Below, piece after piece: positions 46,212 to 55,440 of a stretch of 64,000 bases of DNA (positions within the stretch are counted from its first letter, which is position 1; every line of letters begins with the position of its first letter). A program made the position numbers and the translations under genes. The notes under the pieces are model-generated. The model saw only the letters and a program-made list of their open reading frames with translations. It made no database searches and had not been told where the DNA came from. The stretch is from the sequence record AJ697969.1. One strand, 5' to 3'. This DNA comes from Pseudomonas phage EL.

Positions 46212-47723
46212 ATGGAAGCCATCACACCGTCTGTCAACTGGGTTATGTACCTCCTGGTAGGACATAACAGCAAGTTAAAGAAAAACGGCTACTTCCTGGG
46301 TGGTCATGGGTATTCTTACGATATCCAACAAGAAGGTAAGCGTAAGCTAACCAAGGATGTCCCGACGTCGGCGGGGTATTATACCGGTAATCCTCAGAAG
46401 ACCAATACGGCTGTAACGATTCGGGATATTGTGTCGTTGACCGTAGTGAATGCGGAGAGTGAGCTGGAAGCCCTCTTGAAGGGATATTGGGAAGTCCTGA
46501 ATGCCCTTACCACCGATCCCATCCTGAAGAACCTGTGTGTCATTACCGAACACAAAGTCTTGGAAGCCTTGAGTAAGGTGGACAAGAAGAAAGTCGAAGA
46601 CGCTGAAGAGTTCAAACTCGGAAGACTGGTTTTAAGCGCAACGGAGCGAGCGGTGTTGTTAGACATCCTCACCTGCTTGGAAATAGCCAGTCAAACAGAC
46701 CGTCGGGTGGTCTTCGATTTCCCAGGTGTTGCAGAAGGGGGTCAAGGGAATAAGGAAGCTGCCAAACAAAGGGACCTTGCTGAAACGATCAGTCTGTTTG
46801 GGTTTAAGAAGGAAACCAACCTGGAAGTGGTTTCCCGTAAGGAGTATGAAAACCCAGAGGTGGAATTCAACAAGATCGTCAGTGCCTCTCGGTGGTATTT
46901 CAATACCTTGGATCCTGAAGCGTTCTATAAAGAACAACACGGGTATCGAGTGTACGGGTTTGGTAAAGTCGAACGGGATAAAACGTACTACGGTAAGCTC
47001 ACCCCGGATGTGACCTACTCCAAACTCTACACCAAACGACCCCTTCGTTTACTGGATAAGTTGTTTGACTTTACGGTACAACGGATTGCCAATCCCGAGG
47101 GGTATTTGTCAGCAGGGGATCTGAACCACATTGTTACCAAGGATGTGGCGCGGTTAGTGGATCATTTCCCAGGGGTTCCTAAGGAAAAGGAACTGATCTC
47201 CCCTTTCACCAAACAGAACACGAAACCGGTTCTGATTGAGCTTATATCCCCGGTCTTGATGTCGTATCGGATCAGGGATTTCTTAATTGGGATGGATATT
47301 CTGTTTGAAGGGTTTATGAACAAGGATACCGAGAACAGGTATGGGTATCTGACGTTCTACATTATCACGGATTTGATTTACCAGAAGGAAGTCAATGGAA
47401 AAGGGGTGGAGAAGCTTAAGCTGGATCCAGCCTTTACCCAGACTCGGGAAACGATCAGTTTAAAGGTCACTCATCCCAGCGCAATTAAACCGGTAACCAT
47501 CAAGCTGTCCATTGGGTACGACACTCCGGATCGGAACGCTTTTAATTCGATTACGGACCCTAAGGTTAAGGTCTGGTGTGTGACAGACACCCGGAACAAG
47601 GAAGGTTTGCGGTACGCGACGATTGTGGAGACGGATGAGTTTATCTATATCCATACGTCGGCGATTGCTAACCTTCGGGTGTTAACCTTGGCGGAGTTAG
47701 GACGAAGTACTGATAAAGCGTGA
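46212..47723 (+). CDS. Hypothetical protein
   Basis: 503-aa ORF followed by a hairpin. Confidence 0.5.
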   Translation: MEAITPSVNWVMYLLVGHNSKLKKNGYFLGGHGYSYDIQQEGKRKLTKDVPTSAGYYTGNPQKTNTAVTIRDIVSLTVVNAESELEALLKGYWEVLNALTTDPILKNLCVITEHKVLEALSKVDKKKVEDAEEFKLGRLVLSATERAVLLDILTCLEIASQTDRRVVFDFPGVAEGGQGNKEAAKQRDLAETISLFGFKKETNLEVVSRKEYENPEVEFNKIVSASRWYFNTLDPEAFYKEQHGYRVYGFGKVERDKTYYGKLTPDVTYSKLYTKRPLRLLDKLFDFTVQRIANPEGYLSAGDLNHIVTKDVARLVDHFPGVPKEKELISPFTKQNTKPVLIELISPVLMSYRIRDFLIGMDILFEGFMNKDTENRYGYLTFYIITDLIYQKEVNGKGVEKLKLDPAFTQTRETISLKVTHPSAIKPVTIKLSIGYDTPDRNAFNSITDPKVKVWCVTDTRNKEGLRYATIVETDEFIYIHTSAIANLRVLTLAELGRSTDKA

Positions 47724-47727
47724 ACAT

Positions 47728-47765
47728 TATACCTACTGGGAGGTGTGAACCTCCCAGTAGGTATA
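47728..47765. terminator. Bidirectional hairpin between convergent genes
   Basis: TATACCTACTGGGAGGT-gtgaa-CCTCCCAGTAGGTATA. Confidence 0.65.
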
Positions 47766-47774
47766 CGTATGTTA

Positions 47775-48617
47775 CTATTTTGCTTTGGTTACAATCGTCT
47801 CGGTCTGATCACGGAAGACGGCCGCCAGTTCGTTCAGGAGGGTCATCATCGCTCCGCAGATGTCCGTAAACTCCACAAAACGATTAACCACCAACTCCAC
47901 TTCGGTCAGAATCTTCTCATCCACGACGAGATCATTGGTTTTGATCTTCTCAACCAGGAGTTGTCCCAGTTCATAGACCCGAGACAATTCCCGACTGGCC
48001 ATTTCAACATCCCGAGCGCCCAGTAGCTTGGCCGACACGTTGTAGGTTTCCAGTACGTTGTACAGTTCTTCGAAATTGACGTAAACTTCACCCAGGGTAC
48101 ACGTCTTGCGGTGGGGGTTGGATGGGAGACCTTTAAGGAACTGTTCGGAACGGTCCAGTACCGTATCGAAGTTGGTAATGGTCCAACGGAAACGGGTTTC
48201 AGGACGACCGGTCTTAATCAGTTGTTTAAGCCAATCGTATAGTCGAATTGCTTCAGTTTTCATACTACTGACCAGATAGACCCCATCCGTGGCTACGAAT
48301 TGGGTATAAGCCATCATATTACCGAGGCCGGGTGTGTAGGTCTCCGGGACAATGACTGGCAACCCAGCGTTCTTAACAAAGAGAATCTCTTTCCGCTGGA
48401 TCGTTTTACGGAACTTTTCAACGTCCAGAGTGATAACCGACTTTTCGAAGGCGGCCAGACGGCGGTCTATAGAGGCACCGAACTCAGAGAAGAAAAGACC
48501 CACACTTTCCCCTACACTGAGTTTTTCAGCCCCCAGGACTGAGAGAAGCTGGGGATTCTTGATCCGTTCGATGAAGTCTTTCGATGTAAAGGAATGTTCC
48601 ATAACTGAAAATCTCAT
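47775..48617 (-). CDS. Hypothetical protein
   Basis: 280-aa ORF. Confidence 0.5.
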   Translation of the reverse strand: MRFSVMEHSFTSKDFIERIKNPQLLSVLGAEKLSVGESVGLFFSEFGASIDRRLAAFEKSVITLDVEKFRKTIQRKEILFVKNAGLPVIVPETYTPGLGNMMAYTQFVATDGVYLVSSMKTEAIRLYDWLKQLIKTGRPETRFRWTITNFDTVLDRSEQFLKGLPSNPHRKTCTLGEVYVNFEELYNVLETYNVSAKLLGARDVEMASRELSRVYELGQLLVEKIKTNDLVVDEKILTEVELVVNRFVEFTDICGAMMTLLNELAAVFRDQTETIVTKAK

Positions 48618-48714
48618 GAGTATAGTTTGGGGAATGGGTTTTTACGCAGACCCATCTAAAGCAGGGCGTTGCCCTTTCAGCTAAAGTTCATAAAATACGA
48701 GGAATAAGAGGAAC

Positions 48715-50184
48715 ATGAGTACGCCTCTTCTGTTTACCCAAGAGTTGGAATCGTCGGATACGTTGATTGTAAATCTTCCGTTTTCCCCTATTTTCGATAT
48801 GTTAAACACCGAGATCTTGATGAGTGCATCAGGGGTGGCGTATAACAACGGGGGTCTTTGTCGTAACAATGCGATCGTCGGTGGGAACAACACCCAGAAG
48901 ACCGGGATGACCGTACTGGGTATGGCACGGGTCTTGATTCGGTTTAAAGGGTCTGTTGTCTTCTTCTTTGATATTGAGGCCACCTTCTCCGTAGACCGTC
49001 TGGCGGAAATGATAGACCGAGAGATCGGTATTCACGGGTACTTCAACGAACAGATACTCGGCAAGCGCTTCTTCTACTTCTCTCGGAATGATTTGGTAAA
49101 TCCCTGTGATGGCACCTTTGTTCATGATAAGTTCAAATGGTTGAAGGGGAAGATCGCTGAACAGATTAAGGCCAAAGCCGATATCTTCATGAAGACCCCG
49201 TTTACGGACAGCAAAGGCAACCCCGTTAAAATCATTACCCCTATTCTGTGCGTGGTCGACTCTATCTCTGAAATGCCCTTCCATCGGGTATCGGAACATT
49301 TCCAAGAAGGGGATGTTGATCAAGGCGGAGAGAAGAAGACGCGCGATCTGGTGATTGGGAACCTCCGTCGTATCGTCTATGAAGACGCCGATATCTTGGG
49401 TGGGGTATCGGGTTGTTACCAGATTTGGGTTGCTCAGGTTGTTGATAAGATCAACATGACTGGGCGTCCTGAGGAGAAGGAATCTATTTTCATCCGTCCG
49501 GGTAAGAAGCTGAAAGGTCCTAAGGCCATGATGCGTATTCCGCAGATCGGTCACGAGATCCTTAAAGGTTCAGTGCTTAAAGGCGGAAGTAATGGTCAAG
49601 AGTGGTTGTACCCGAATCCCTTTGGTAAAGATGTTATTGTGACTCCTGATGCCAAAGAAATGCCTGACTTGATGATTTATAATAATCAACCCTATCGGAA
49701 TAAGGCGGGGATGTCAGGTATTAACGCGTTCTTCATTGGTTCCCAGTCCATGGGAATTCAAGAAGGTCTGACCATGTACCATGTACTGAAGACAGCTAAG
49801 TACTTCGGCCTGGAAGGGAGTGACCGCAGTCATCACTGCATTCTGTACCCTGATCTGAAGGTGGGACGTACCACTGTATGGGAAAATACCATTGAAGACC
49901 GTAAATTCCTGCGAGCACTGACCATCATTTACCACTTGTGGTTCATGCAAACCTTCTGGCTGACACTTCCCCACAAATACCGTCTGACTCCTCAGGCATT
50001 GTACGACGGTATTATTGCTCAAGGACTGGACTGGAACGATATTCTGGAGAACACAGTAGACTACTGGTACACGAATCCAGATATTGACAAGTACACTGTT
50101 ACAACGTATGAACTCATTCGCATTGCACTGGGTGAACGTAAACCTTACTGGAAAGAGAAAGGTGCACCTAAGGCTATTATTTAA
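48715..50184 (+). CDS. Hypothetical protein (weak RecA-fold ATPase-like features)
   Basis: NAIVGGNNTQKTGMTVL...VVFFFDIEATFS...ILCVVDSISEM is loosely reminiscent of the RecA P-loop/DxE/Walker B arrangement, but the Walker A is degenerate. Confidence 0.45.
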   Translation: MSTPLLFTQELESSDTLIVNLPFSPIFDMLNTEILMSASGVAYNNGGLCRNNAIVGGNNTQKTGMTVLGMARVLIRFKGSVVFFFDIEATFSVDRLAEMIDREIGIHGYFNEQILGKRFFYFSRNDLVNPCDGTFVHDKFKWLKGKIAEQIKAKADIFMKTPFTDSKGNPVKIITPILCVVDSISEMPFHRVSEHFQEGDVDQGGEKKTRDLVIGNLRRIVYEDADILGGVSGCYQIWVAQVVDKINMTGRPEEKESIFIRPGKKLKGPKAMMRIPQIGHEILKGSVLKGGSNGQEWLYPNPFGKDVIVTPDAKEMPDLMIYNNQPYRNKAGMSGINAFFIGSQSMGIQEGLTMYHVLKTAKYFGLEGSDRSHHCILYPDLKVGRTTVWENTIEDRKFLRALTIIYHLWFMQTFWLTLPHKYRLTPQALYDGIIAQGLDWNDILENTVDYWYTNPDIDKYTVTTYELIRIALGERKPYWKEKGAPKAII

Positions 50185-50189
50185 ATAAA

Positions 50190-50220
50190 GGGTGGGAGGG
50201 TAGCCTGAGTCCTCCCACCC
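50190..50220 (+). terminator. Hairpin terminator
   Basis: GGGTGGGAGG-gtagcctgagt-CCTCCCACCC. Confidence 0.5.
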
Positions 50221-50242
50221 CGACTTTGTAAAGGACCCCCTC

Positions 50243-50617
50243 ATGGAAACAGCACCGTGCCCTACCACCATTCTCATTATGGCGGACAGTAACTTTATTA
50301 ATCTTTGCCTGGATCCGTTCGACTACATCAGGCGGTTGAAAGAACGGGTGTCTGCCGTGCGGGAGGATAACCCGTTGTTGTATACCGTCAGTGGTCGCTA
50401 TGGTGTGAGCGCGATTGACAGTGAAATCCCGGTGATTGAAGTGAATGACCGGAATAAGACCCTCTTCAGTCAAACCTTGGAGAACTGCTCCATGTTGTTT
50501 GACGAACTCCTGGCGATCAGTACGGTCGAAAGTGATCCCTTTATTAACTCCGCCAAAGAAGTGATTACATTGGCCAACAAGACGTTTACACATTACAAAT
50601 ACCCGAGGAAAGTGTAA
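50243..50617 (+). CDS. Hypothetical protein
   Basis: 124-aa ORF. Confidence 0.4.
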   Translation: METAPCPTTILIMADSNFINLCLDPFDYIRRLKERVSAVREDNPLLYTVSGRYGVSAIDSEIPVIEVNDRNKTLFSQTLENCSMLFDELLAISTVESDPFINSAKEVITLANKTFTHYKYPRKV

Positions 50618-51294
50618 TGGCTGGCAACCGGAAGGCATTTGAAGAACATGTGTATAAAGCCTTTGGTCCTCTGACCAAAGGGGGTGGCAATAAGAAGATT
50701 TATGAGAAACTCTTTGCCACCATGGACGATGACGCTTTTGAAGACTTCGTCCAGTGGTTGGAAAAAGGGAATCCGTTAGCGATTTGGGCCAGTAACTTTG
50801 TTCCTGAAGAGAAACTGAATTTCGATAACCTGATGAGACTCTGTAAACAGTTCGGTATTGAAGTTGAACACCAACTGGTTATTTACGACGAAGACACCGG
50901 GATCAAGTCACTGACCGCTTATAAGGCGATTGTAGGACGTGCTGAAGTCCGTAAACAACGTCAGATGTTGTCCAAGAAGTTCAGTGCGGCTAAGAACGAC
51001 TACGAAATCGATGACCTCACCGGTCAACCCATGGGGGACAGCCGGAGTGCGGGGATCAGCGGTCCTGAGGTTACCGTACTGCGTAACCTGGGTTTGAACA
51101 TCATGGCGAATGAACTGTACAACGTTAAAGGCGGCGACCAAGAGGCCTTTAAGGCGTACAAGAACGATTTGTTGACCACCGGTAAGACCACCACCAATGG
51201 GAGCCTGCGTAAAGGCTCAGGTACCAAGGTGTTGAGCACGGTCCACCACCTCATGCGTGGTCGTCATATCGACACTAACTTTAACCAGAAGTGA
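50617..51294 (+). CDS. Hypothetical protein
   Basis: 225-aa ORF overlapping the upstream stop. Confidence 0.45.
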   Translation: MAGNRKAFEEHVYKAFGPLTKGGGNKKIYEKLFATMDDDAFEDFVQWLEKGNPLAIWASNFVPEEKLNFDNLMRLCKQFGIEVEHQLVIYDEDTGIKSLTAYKAIVGRAEVRKQRQMLSKKFSAAKNDYEIDDLTGQPMGDSRSAGISGPEVTVLRNLGLNIMANELYNVKGGDQEAFKAYKNDLLTTGKTTTNGSLRKGSGTKVLSTVHHLMRGRHIDTNFNQK

Positions 51295-51303
51295 TCTCTC
51301 CCC

Positions 51304-51717
51304 ATGGATAAACTCATTCATTTGTCGAATACCATTCAAGAAGTATGGTTGGACCTGTCAACCGGAGAAGCTCCTCCTCCCATTCTTCAGAACTTCTCGT
51401 CGCTTATCAACCGTCCTTTGATCTGTTTTAATGAAGCCTATTCAGTCTTCATGAACCAAGTGGGAAGTAGTAGTGATCTCTTCGACAGTTGGGTCAGTAT
51501 TCAAATGATGGTTATCACCCGCTTGGGCGAGCATCAGGTGGCGTTCAGTCAGTTCAGTCAAATGTTCAAGGAAGTCTTTAAGACCATTGAAGGGGGTAAT
51601 GGACTGGATATTTCCGACGAGAATGAATATAAACGCTGGAGTTTCTTGATTGCTTTAGCGTTTAGGGTGTATACCACTCATTTCATTGTACCCCCACCTA
51701 AAGGACGTAAGGCATGA
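51304..51717 (+). CDS. Hypothetical protein
   Basis: 137-aa ORF. Confidence 0.4.
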   Translation: MDKLIHLSNTIQEVWLDLSTGEAPPPILQNFSSLINRPLICFNEAYSVFMNQVGSSSDLFDSWVSIQMMVITRLGEHQVAFSQFSQMFKEVFKTIEGGNGLDISDENEYKRWSFLIALAFRVYTTHFIVPPPKGRKA

Positions 51718-52496
51718 ATCGGGTATTAACCGCCTACGCGGATGTGGACAGTCTCTTCGATTATCGGAGGGGATTGATTCAGAAGTGGTTAACACGAGAC
51801 ATGGCTGTTAGTGATGAAAACAGCTTGAGTGATGAAGCCTTTGCAGCGTATCAAGAGAAACGCCGGCTTCAAGGGGACACCCTGTGGGAACTTCATATTG
51901 AGAAGAACTACAGGGAGAGAAGGATGGATACGTTTAACTATCCGTTCTTTGGGTTCACCCGACAGATATTCAGGGAACTCTATCAGAAACGGAGTTTACG
52001 GGATTGGGGGTACGGGTATTACCCCACAGGGTTCCTGTCTAATTTCGTCAAGGTGATTATCGAGCATGAACAACTGACCGATAAACCTATCGAGATCAAA
52101 GGGGTGACCCTCACGATCAACTGTTTCCCTTATGTCATGGATACAGCCCTTAAGGAGGAGTTGATCGAGCACGTTAAGACTCGGTTAGGCTACCGGGTAG
52201 AGGTGAAGACCGTTGATGACGACATTATCAATGCGACACCCTCCTACTATCGACAGTTCGATTATGTCTTCAAATACGACTTCCTGTTGAATGAAGACTA
52301 TAAGTCCTTCTTTGAGAACGTCGGTAAACCGCCTATTCCTGATACGGCGTTTTTGGTTCCAGATCTCCTGGTTCAAGAAACCGAGTATTTGGAAGGGAGT
52401 ATTTACGACCGTATCTTCGCCCAATCCATTGCGCTGGCTCCTGTATTGAAATTGATTCCGATCAACAAAGGTTTCTATGATTACTTGACGGAATAA
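51714..52496 (+). CDS. Hypothetical protein
   Basis: 260-aa ORF with ATGA overlap to the upstream gene. Confidence 0.45.
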   Translation: MNRVLTAYADVDSLFDYRRGLIQKWLTRDMAVSDENSLSDEAFAAYQEKRRLQGDTLWELHIEKNYRERRMDTFNYPFFGFTRQIFRELYQKRSLRDWGYGYYPTGFLSNFVKVIIEHEQLTDKPIEIKGVTLTINCFPYVMDTALKEELIEHVKTRLGYRVEVKTVDDDIINATPSYYRQFDYVFKYDFLLNEDYKSFFENVGKPPIPDTAFLVPDLLVQETEYLEGSIYDRIFAQSIALAPVLKLIPINKGFYDYLTE

Positions 52497-52506
52497 CCCC
52501 TTTATT

Positions 52507-52534
52507 AACTGGGTGGGGATCTCCCCACCCAGTT
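52507..52534. terminator. Bidirectional hairpin between convergent genes
   Basis: AACTGGGTGGGGA-tc-TCCCCACCCAGTT. Confidence 0.65.
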
Positions 52535-52546
52535 ATGTTCGCTTGG

Positions 52547-53059
52547 TTAAATTTCCTCACCATCGATATCCACCAGCTGATTCCCCTGCACCAGCTCTTC
52601 TTCCGTAATGGGACTCAAGGTAGGATCCAGAGGCAGGGGTTTAGAGGGATCCAGTACGAACTGCGAGAACTCAAAGGTGGGGAGTTTAATCCCTCCACTT
52701 TGAATACGCTCCATAGCCTCCAGCATTTGGTTAAAGGCCAGTCGGTTGCCTTCATTCTCTTTCTTCTTAGCCCGCTCTTTACGGTCATCCCGTACGGTCT
52801 TCTCAATCTGCGCAATAATCTGGGTGACCCCTTCCAGCAGATGCGCGTTCTTCGGATTATCCAAATACGCAGACATAGCGTATTCCAGAATGAAAGCCCG
52901 GTTACGTTGTACTACCTTAACCAGTTCTTCCTGTTCGATATCCTCCAGATTACCAGTCATTGCCTTACGGAGTTCTTCCAGAACCGTTTGCATTTTATCC
53001 GTATCCAAAGGACTGGCTTTCTTCTTTTCCTTTTCGGGTGTGTCGTCAGGCGTTTCCAT
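52547..53059 (-). CDS. Hypothetical acidic/charged protein
   Basis: 170-aa ORF with natural-looking composition. The plus-strand ORF across it looks spurious. Confidence 0.5.
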   Translation of the reverse strand: METPDDTPEKEKKKASPLDTDKMQTVLEELRKAMTGNLEDIEQEELVKVVQRNRAFILEYAMSAYLDNPKNAHLLEGVTQIIAQIEKTVRDDRKERAKKKENEGNRLAFNQMLEAMERIQSGGIKLPTFEFSQFVLDPSKPLPLDPTLSPITEEELVQGNQLVDIDGEEI

Positions 53060-53065
53060 GATTTT

Positions 53066-53092
53066 TCAGACCTACATTATTCGTTTGAGTGG
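53066..53092 (+). promoter_or_regulatory. Conserved phage promoter-like motif, copy 8
   Basis: ttcagaCCTACATTATTCGTTTGAGTG, 17 nt upstream of ATG 53109. Confidence 0.5.
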
Positions 53093-53108
53093 TTAGGAGT
53101 ATGTGTAA

Positions 53109-53687
53109 ATGGCACTAACTAAACGGGCTCTATTCAGGTGGTTAAGCTGGATACCTGGTATAGGTAACCTGTTTAACCGAAAACTGGATTCCCTCACGAT
53201 CGAGCGGCTGACTGAGATTAATCAACGGTTCTCTAAGGCTTCAGTACGGTTCGCAGCTCAGATCCAGGATCTATACGATTGCTTAAAGCCCCTAAATACG
53301 TCCTTTGACATCGATCCGAGGGTCTACCTACCCTTACCTATTGAACTGTCAACAAAGTCCTCTAAGGACGCTCACAGGCTGGTAGAGAGGGTACTGTCAG
53401 GTTACTCGTGGAACCCTGACGAACACTTCGTGAGTAACATGATCGAACACTACCCCAGTTTCCTAGACTGGTACAGTAACGGTTACAGTCTCGACGGGTA
53501 TTACCAGGGAATGGTGAAACTCATGGAACTGTATTGTGCCTTATTCCCCGTTATACCGAATGAGGACGATCCTGTTGAATGTCATCCTGTCGTAGAGAAC
53601 TTCTTAACCAGCCGGTGGTTTAGGCTGATGGTTATTGACCTGATCAAAATACTGACTCTGGTACTTATCCAACGTCGGGGAGGTTAA
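53109..53687 (+). CDS. Hypothetical protein
   Basis: 192-aa ORF. Confidence 0.45.
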   Translation: MALTKRALFRWLSWIPGIGNLFNRKLDSLTIERLTEINQRFSKASVRFAAQIQDLYDCLKPLNTSFDIDPRVYLPLPIELSTKSSKDAHRLVERVLSGYSWNPDEHFVSNMIEHYPSFLDWYSNGYSLDGYYQGMVKLMELYCALFPVIPNEDDPVECHPVVENFLTSRWFRLMVIDLIKILTLVLIQRRGG

Positions 53688-54122
53688 ATGGAAGAAAACA
53701 GAAAGAGACCCAAAGCCAGCCGGTTGGAGAGTATCTCCCACAAGTTTGTACGGGATGAAGAACTCAGAGATCCCCCCGCCCGGTTATTCCGGGCAATTCT
53801 GAACAAAGTGGTTCCTACCCCTCACAAGTGGAAGAACTACTTACGGGATTATCTGGAGTATGTGGTGACCACCCGAGATCCCCAACGGGCTAAGACCGAA
53901 CGCATTACCCGGCAAGGTAACATTAAGGCAACCTATTTCCAAAGCTATACGTTAACCTTCCAGAAACTCTTGGAAGGGTTGTCTATCCTACGGATGAAAT
54001 CTTGCAGAATCATCATCGAGGTTGTTGATGAACACGGTGAAATACTCACAGTGGAAGAAACTATTCGCATCGTAGAGAAGAAGCGTTTGGAGAAACCCAT
54101 TGTGGATGAACCGGAAGAGTGA
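53688..54122 (+). CDS. Hypothetical protein
   Basis: 144-aa ORF whose ATG abuts the upstream TAA. Confidence 0.45.
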   Translation: MEENRKRPKASRLESISHKFVRDEELRDPPARLFRAILNKVVPTPHKWKNYLRDYLEYVVTTRDPQRAKTERITRQGNIKATYFQSYTLTFQKLLEGLSILRMKSCRIIIEVVDEHGEILTVEETIRIVEKKRLEKPIVDEPEE

Positions 54123-54127
54123 ATGCA

Positions 54128-54182
54128 GGAGTAGGTGCGCTAACGCACCTACTCCCCTTCCCCCTTTATTCTTTATTTTTTG
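54128..54182 (+). terminator. Rho-independent terminator
   Basis: GGAGTAGGTGCG-ctaa-CGCACCTACTCC followed by CCTTTATTCTTTATTTTTT. Confidence 0.7.
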
Positions 54183-54192
54183 GAGTGCCGCT

Positions 54193-55302
54193 ATGGGTAT
54201 CCTTGACGGGTTCAATCTGTCTTCGGGTATTAATGCCTTTAAGAAAGAAACCGAAACCGCAATGCGGGGGGTTAAAAGTGAAACCCTAACCCCTATTGAT
54301 GTCACCGCCAGTCGCCTTAAAGAAGGGGTGGCTCTTACTAACCCGAATGACACCACACTCAAGTCAACCATCACCGCGTACCGGAGTTCGGTTGTAGAAG
54401 CCCTAGACGGTGTTATTGGAGCCCTGTCAGGCGGTTTACTCAATACGAAGGACATTACCCGAGCCATTCGTATTGATAGCAATGGGGTCAGTTTCAGTGA
54501 TGATGACTTGATTACCGCGGCAGGGAGTCAAATGGGCGTTAACGTCTGGGGTAAGAACGGCGTTAAGCAACTCATCGCAGACACTCTCACCGCAGAATTC
54601 AATCGGCTCACTGGATTGAATGTGGGTCAAATTATCCAGGTCGGTTATGGTGACAAAGGTTCACCCTTCCGTATCAATGACAGTTGGAGAACTCAGCTCG
54701 GTAGTGCCACCCTCGATATGCTCAGGGATTATACCGGTATTGATGAGTTTGTAGACGTCAGTGTTCAATCGGCGTTTTACAACGCCATCCTGTACAACTC
54801 AGCGATGTACGGGATGAGTGACAGTTATAAAACCCAATGGGATAACTACCCGTATCTCTCTCTGAGACAAGATGCCTTTATTGAAGCCATTCAGTACATG
54901 ATTACGAATGGGGATGTTGAGAGTATCAGTAAGGTCTTTGAACTCATTAATACCGAAGGGAAGAATACCTTACTGAGTAAATACCCGGATTTCATTGAAA
55001 CCCTCTTTACGAAGTTCTCTTTCGACAGTCAAGTCCACAGTGAAGAGCACCCCGCCATTCGTACGAAACTCTTAAACGTTTTAGAAACGGTAGCGGGTAA
55101 AGAGTGGTATTACCGGGAGACCCAATTCGGTAAAGCGTACAACCTGGGGTTGGTATCGAACATCAGTGACGACATGGTAACCCTGTTAACGCCTGTTGAA
55201 GAGTTGATTCCCCTCTTAACCACTCGGGGGATCTTTCAGACTGAACGGGCAACGGATGTATTGAATCAATCCTTCCCGAATGCCCCTATTCGCATTAAAT
55301 AA
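54193..55302 (+). CDS. Hypothetical protein
   Basis: GGAG RBS 6 nt before ATG 54193. 369 aa. Confidence 0.5.
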   Translation: MGILDGFNLSSGINAFKKETETAMRGVKSETLTPIDVTASRLKEGVALTNPNDTTLKSTITAYRSSVVEALDGVIGALSGGLLNTKDITRAIRIDSNGVSFSDDDLITAAGSQMGVNVWGKNGVKQLIADTLTAEFNRLTGLNVGQIIQVGYGDKGSPFRINDSWRTQLGSATLDMLRDYTGIDEFVDVSVQSAFYNAILYNSAMYGMSDSYKTQWDNYPYLSLRQDAFIEAIQYMITNGDVESISKVFELINTEGKNTLLSKYPDFIETLFTKFSFDSQVHSEEHPAIRTKLLNVLETVAGKEWYYRETQFGKAYNLGLVSNISDDMVTLLTPVEELIPLLTTRGIFQTERATDVLNQSFPNAPIRIK

Positions 55303-55314
55303 CCCTAACGAAGA

Positions 55315-55350
55315 CTCCCCTACCCCAATTAAGGGGTAGGGGAGTTATTA
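55315..55350 (+). terminator. Hairpin terminator
   Basis: CTCCCCTACCCC-aattaa-GGGGTAGGGGAG then TTATT. Confidence 0.6.
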
Positions 55351-55403
55351 CTGAATAAGTTCTTTTTGTATTGATTAATAGAGGGTGTGATTTCCGCTTA
55401 GTA

Positions 55404-55430
55404 GACTCGGGGGCGTGAAACCCCCGAGTT
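55404..55430 (-). terminator. Hairpin terminator for minus-strand gene
   Basis: GACTCGGGGG-cgtgaaa-CCCCCGAGT, immediately downstream (minus sense) of the stop at 55441. Confidence 0.5.
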
Positions 55431-55440
55431 TACTGGCTTT

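Noticed and set aside
52535-53122. 195-aa plus-strand ORF overlapping minus-strand 52547..53059
   Set aside because: The plus-strand product is Leu/Phe-rich and low-complexity, while the minus-strand product is a natural-looking charged protein flanked by a terminator.
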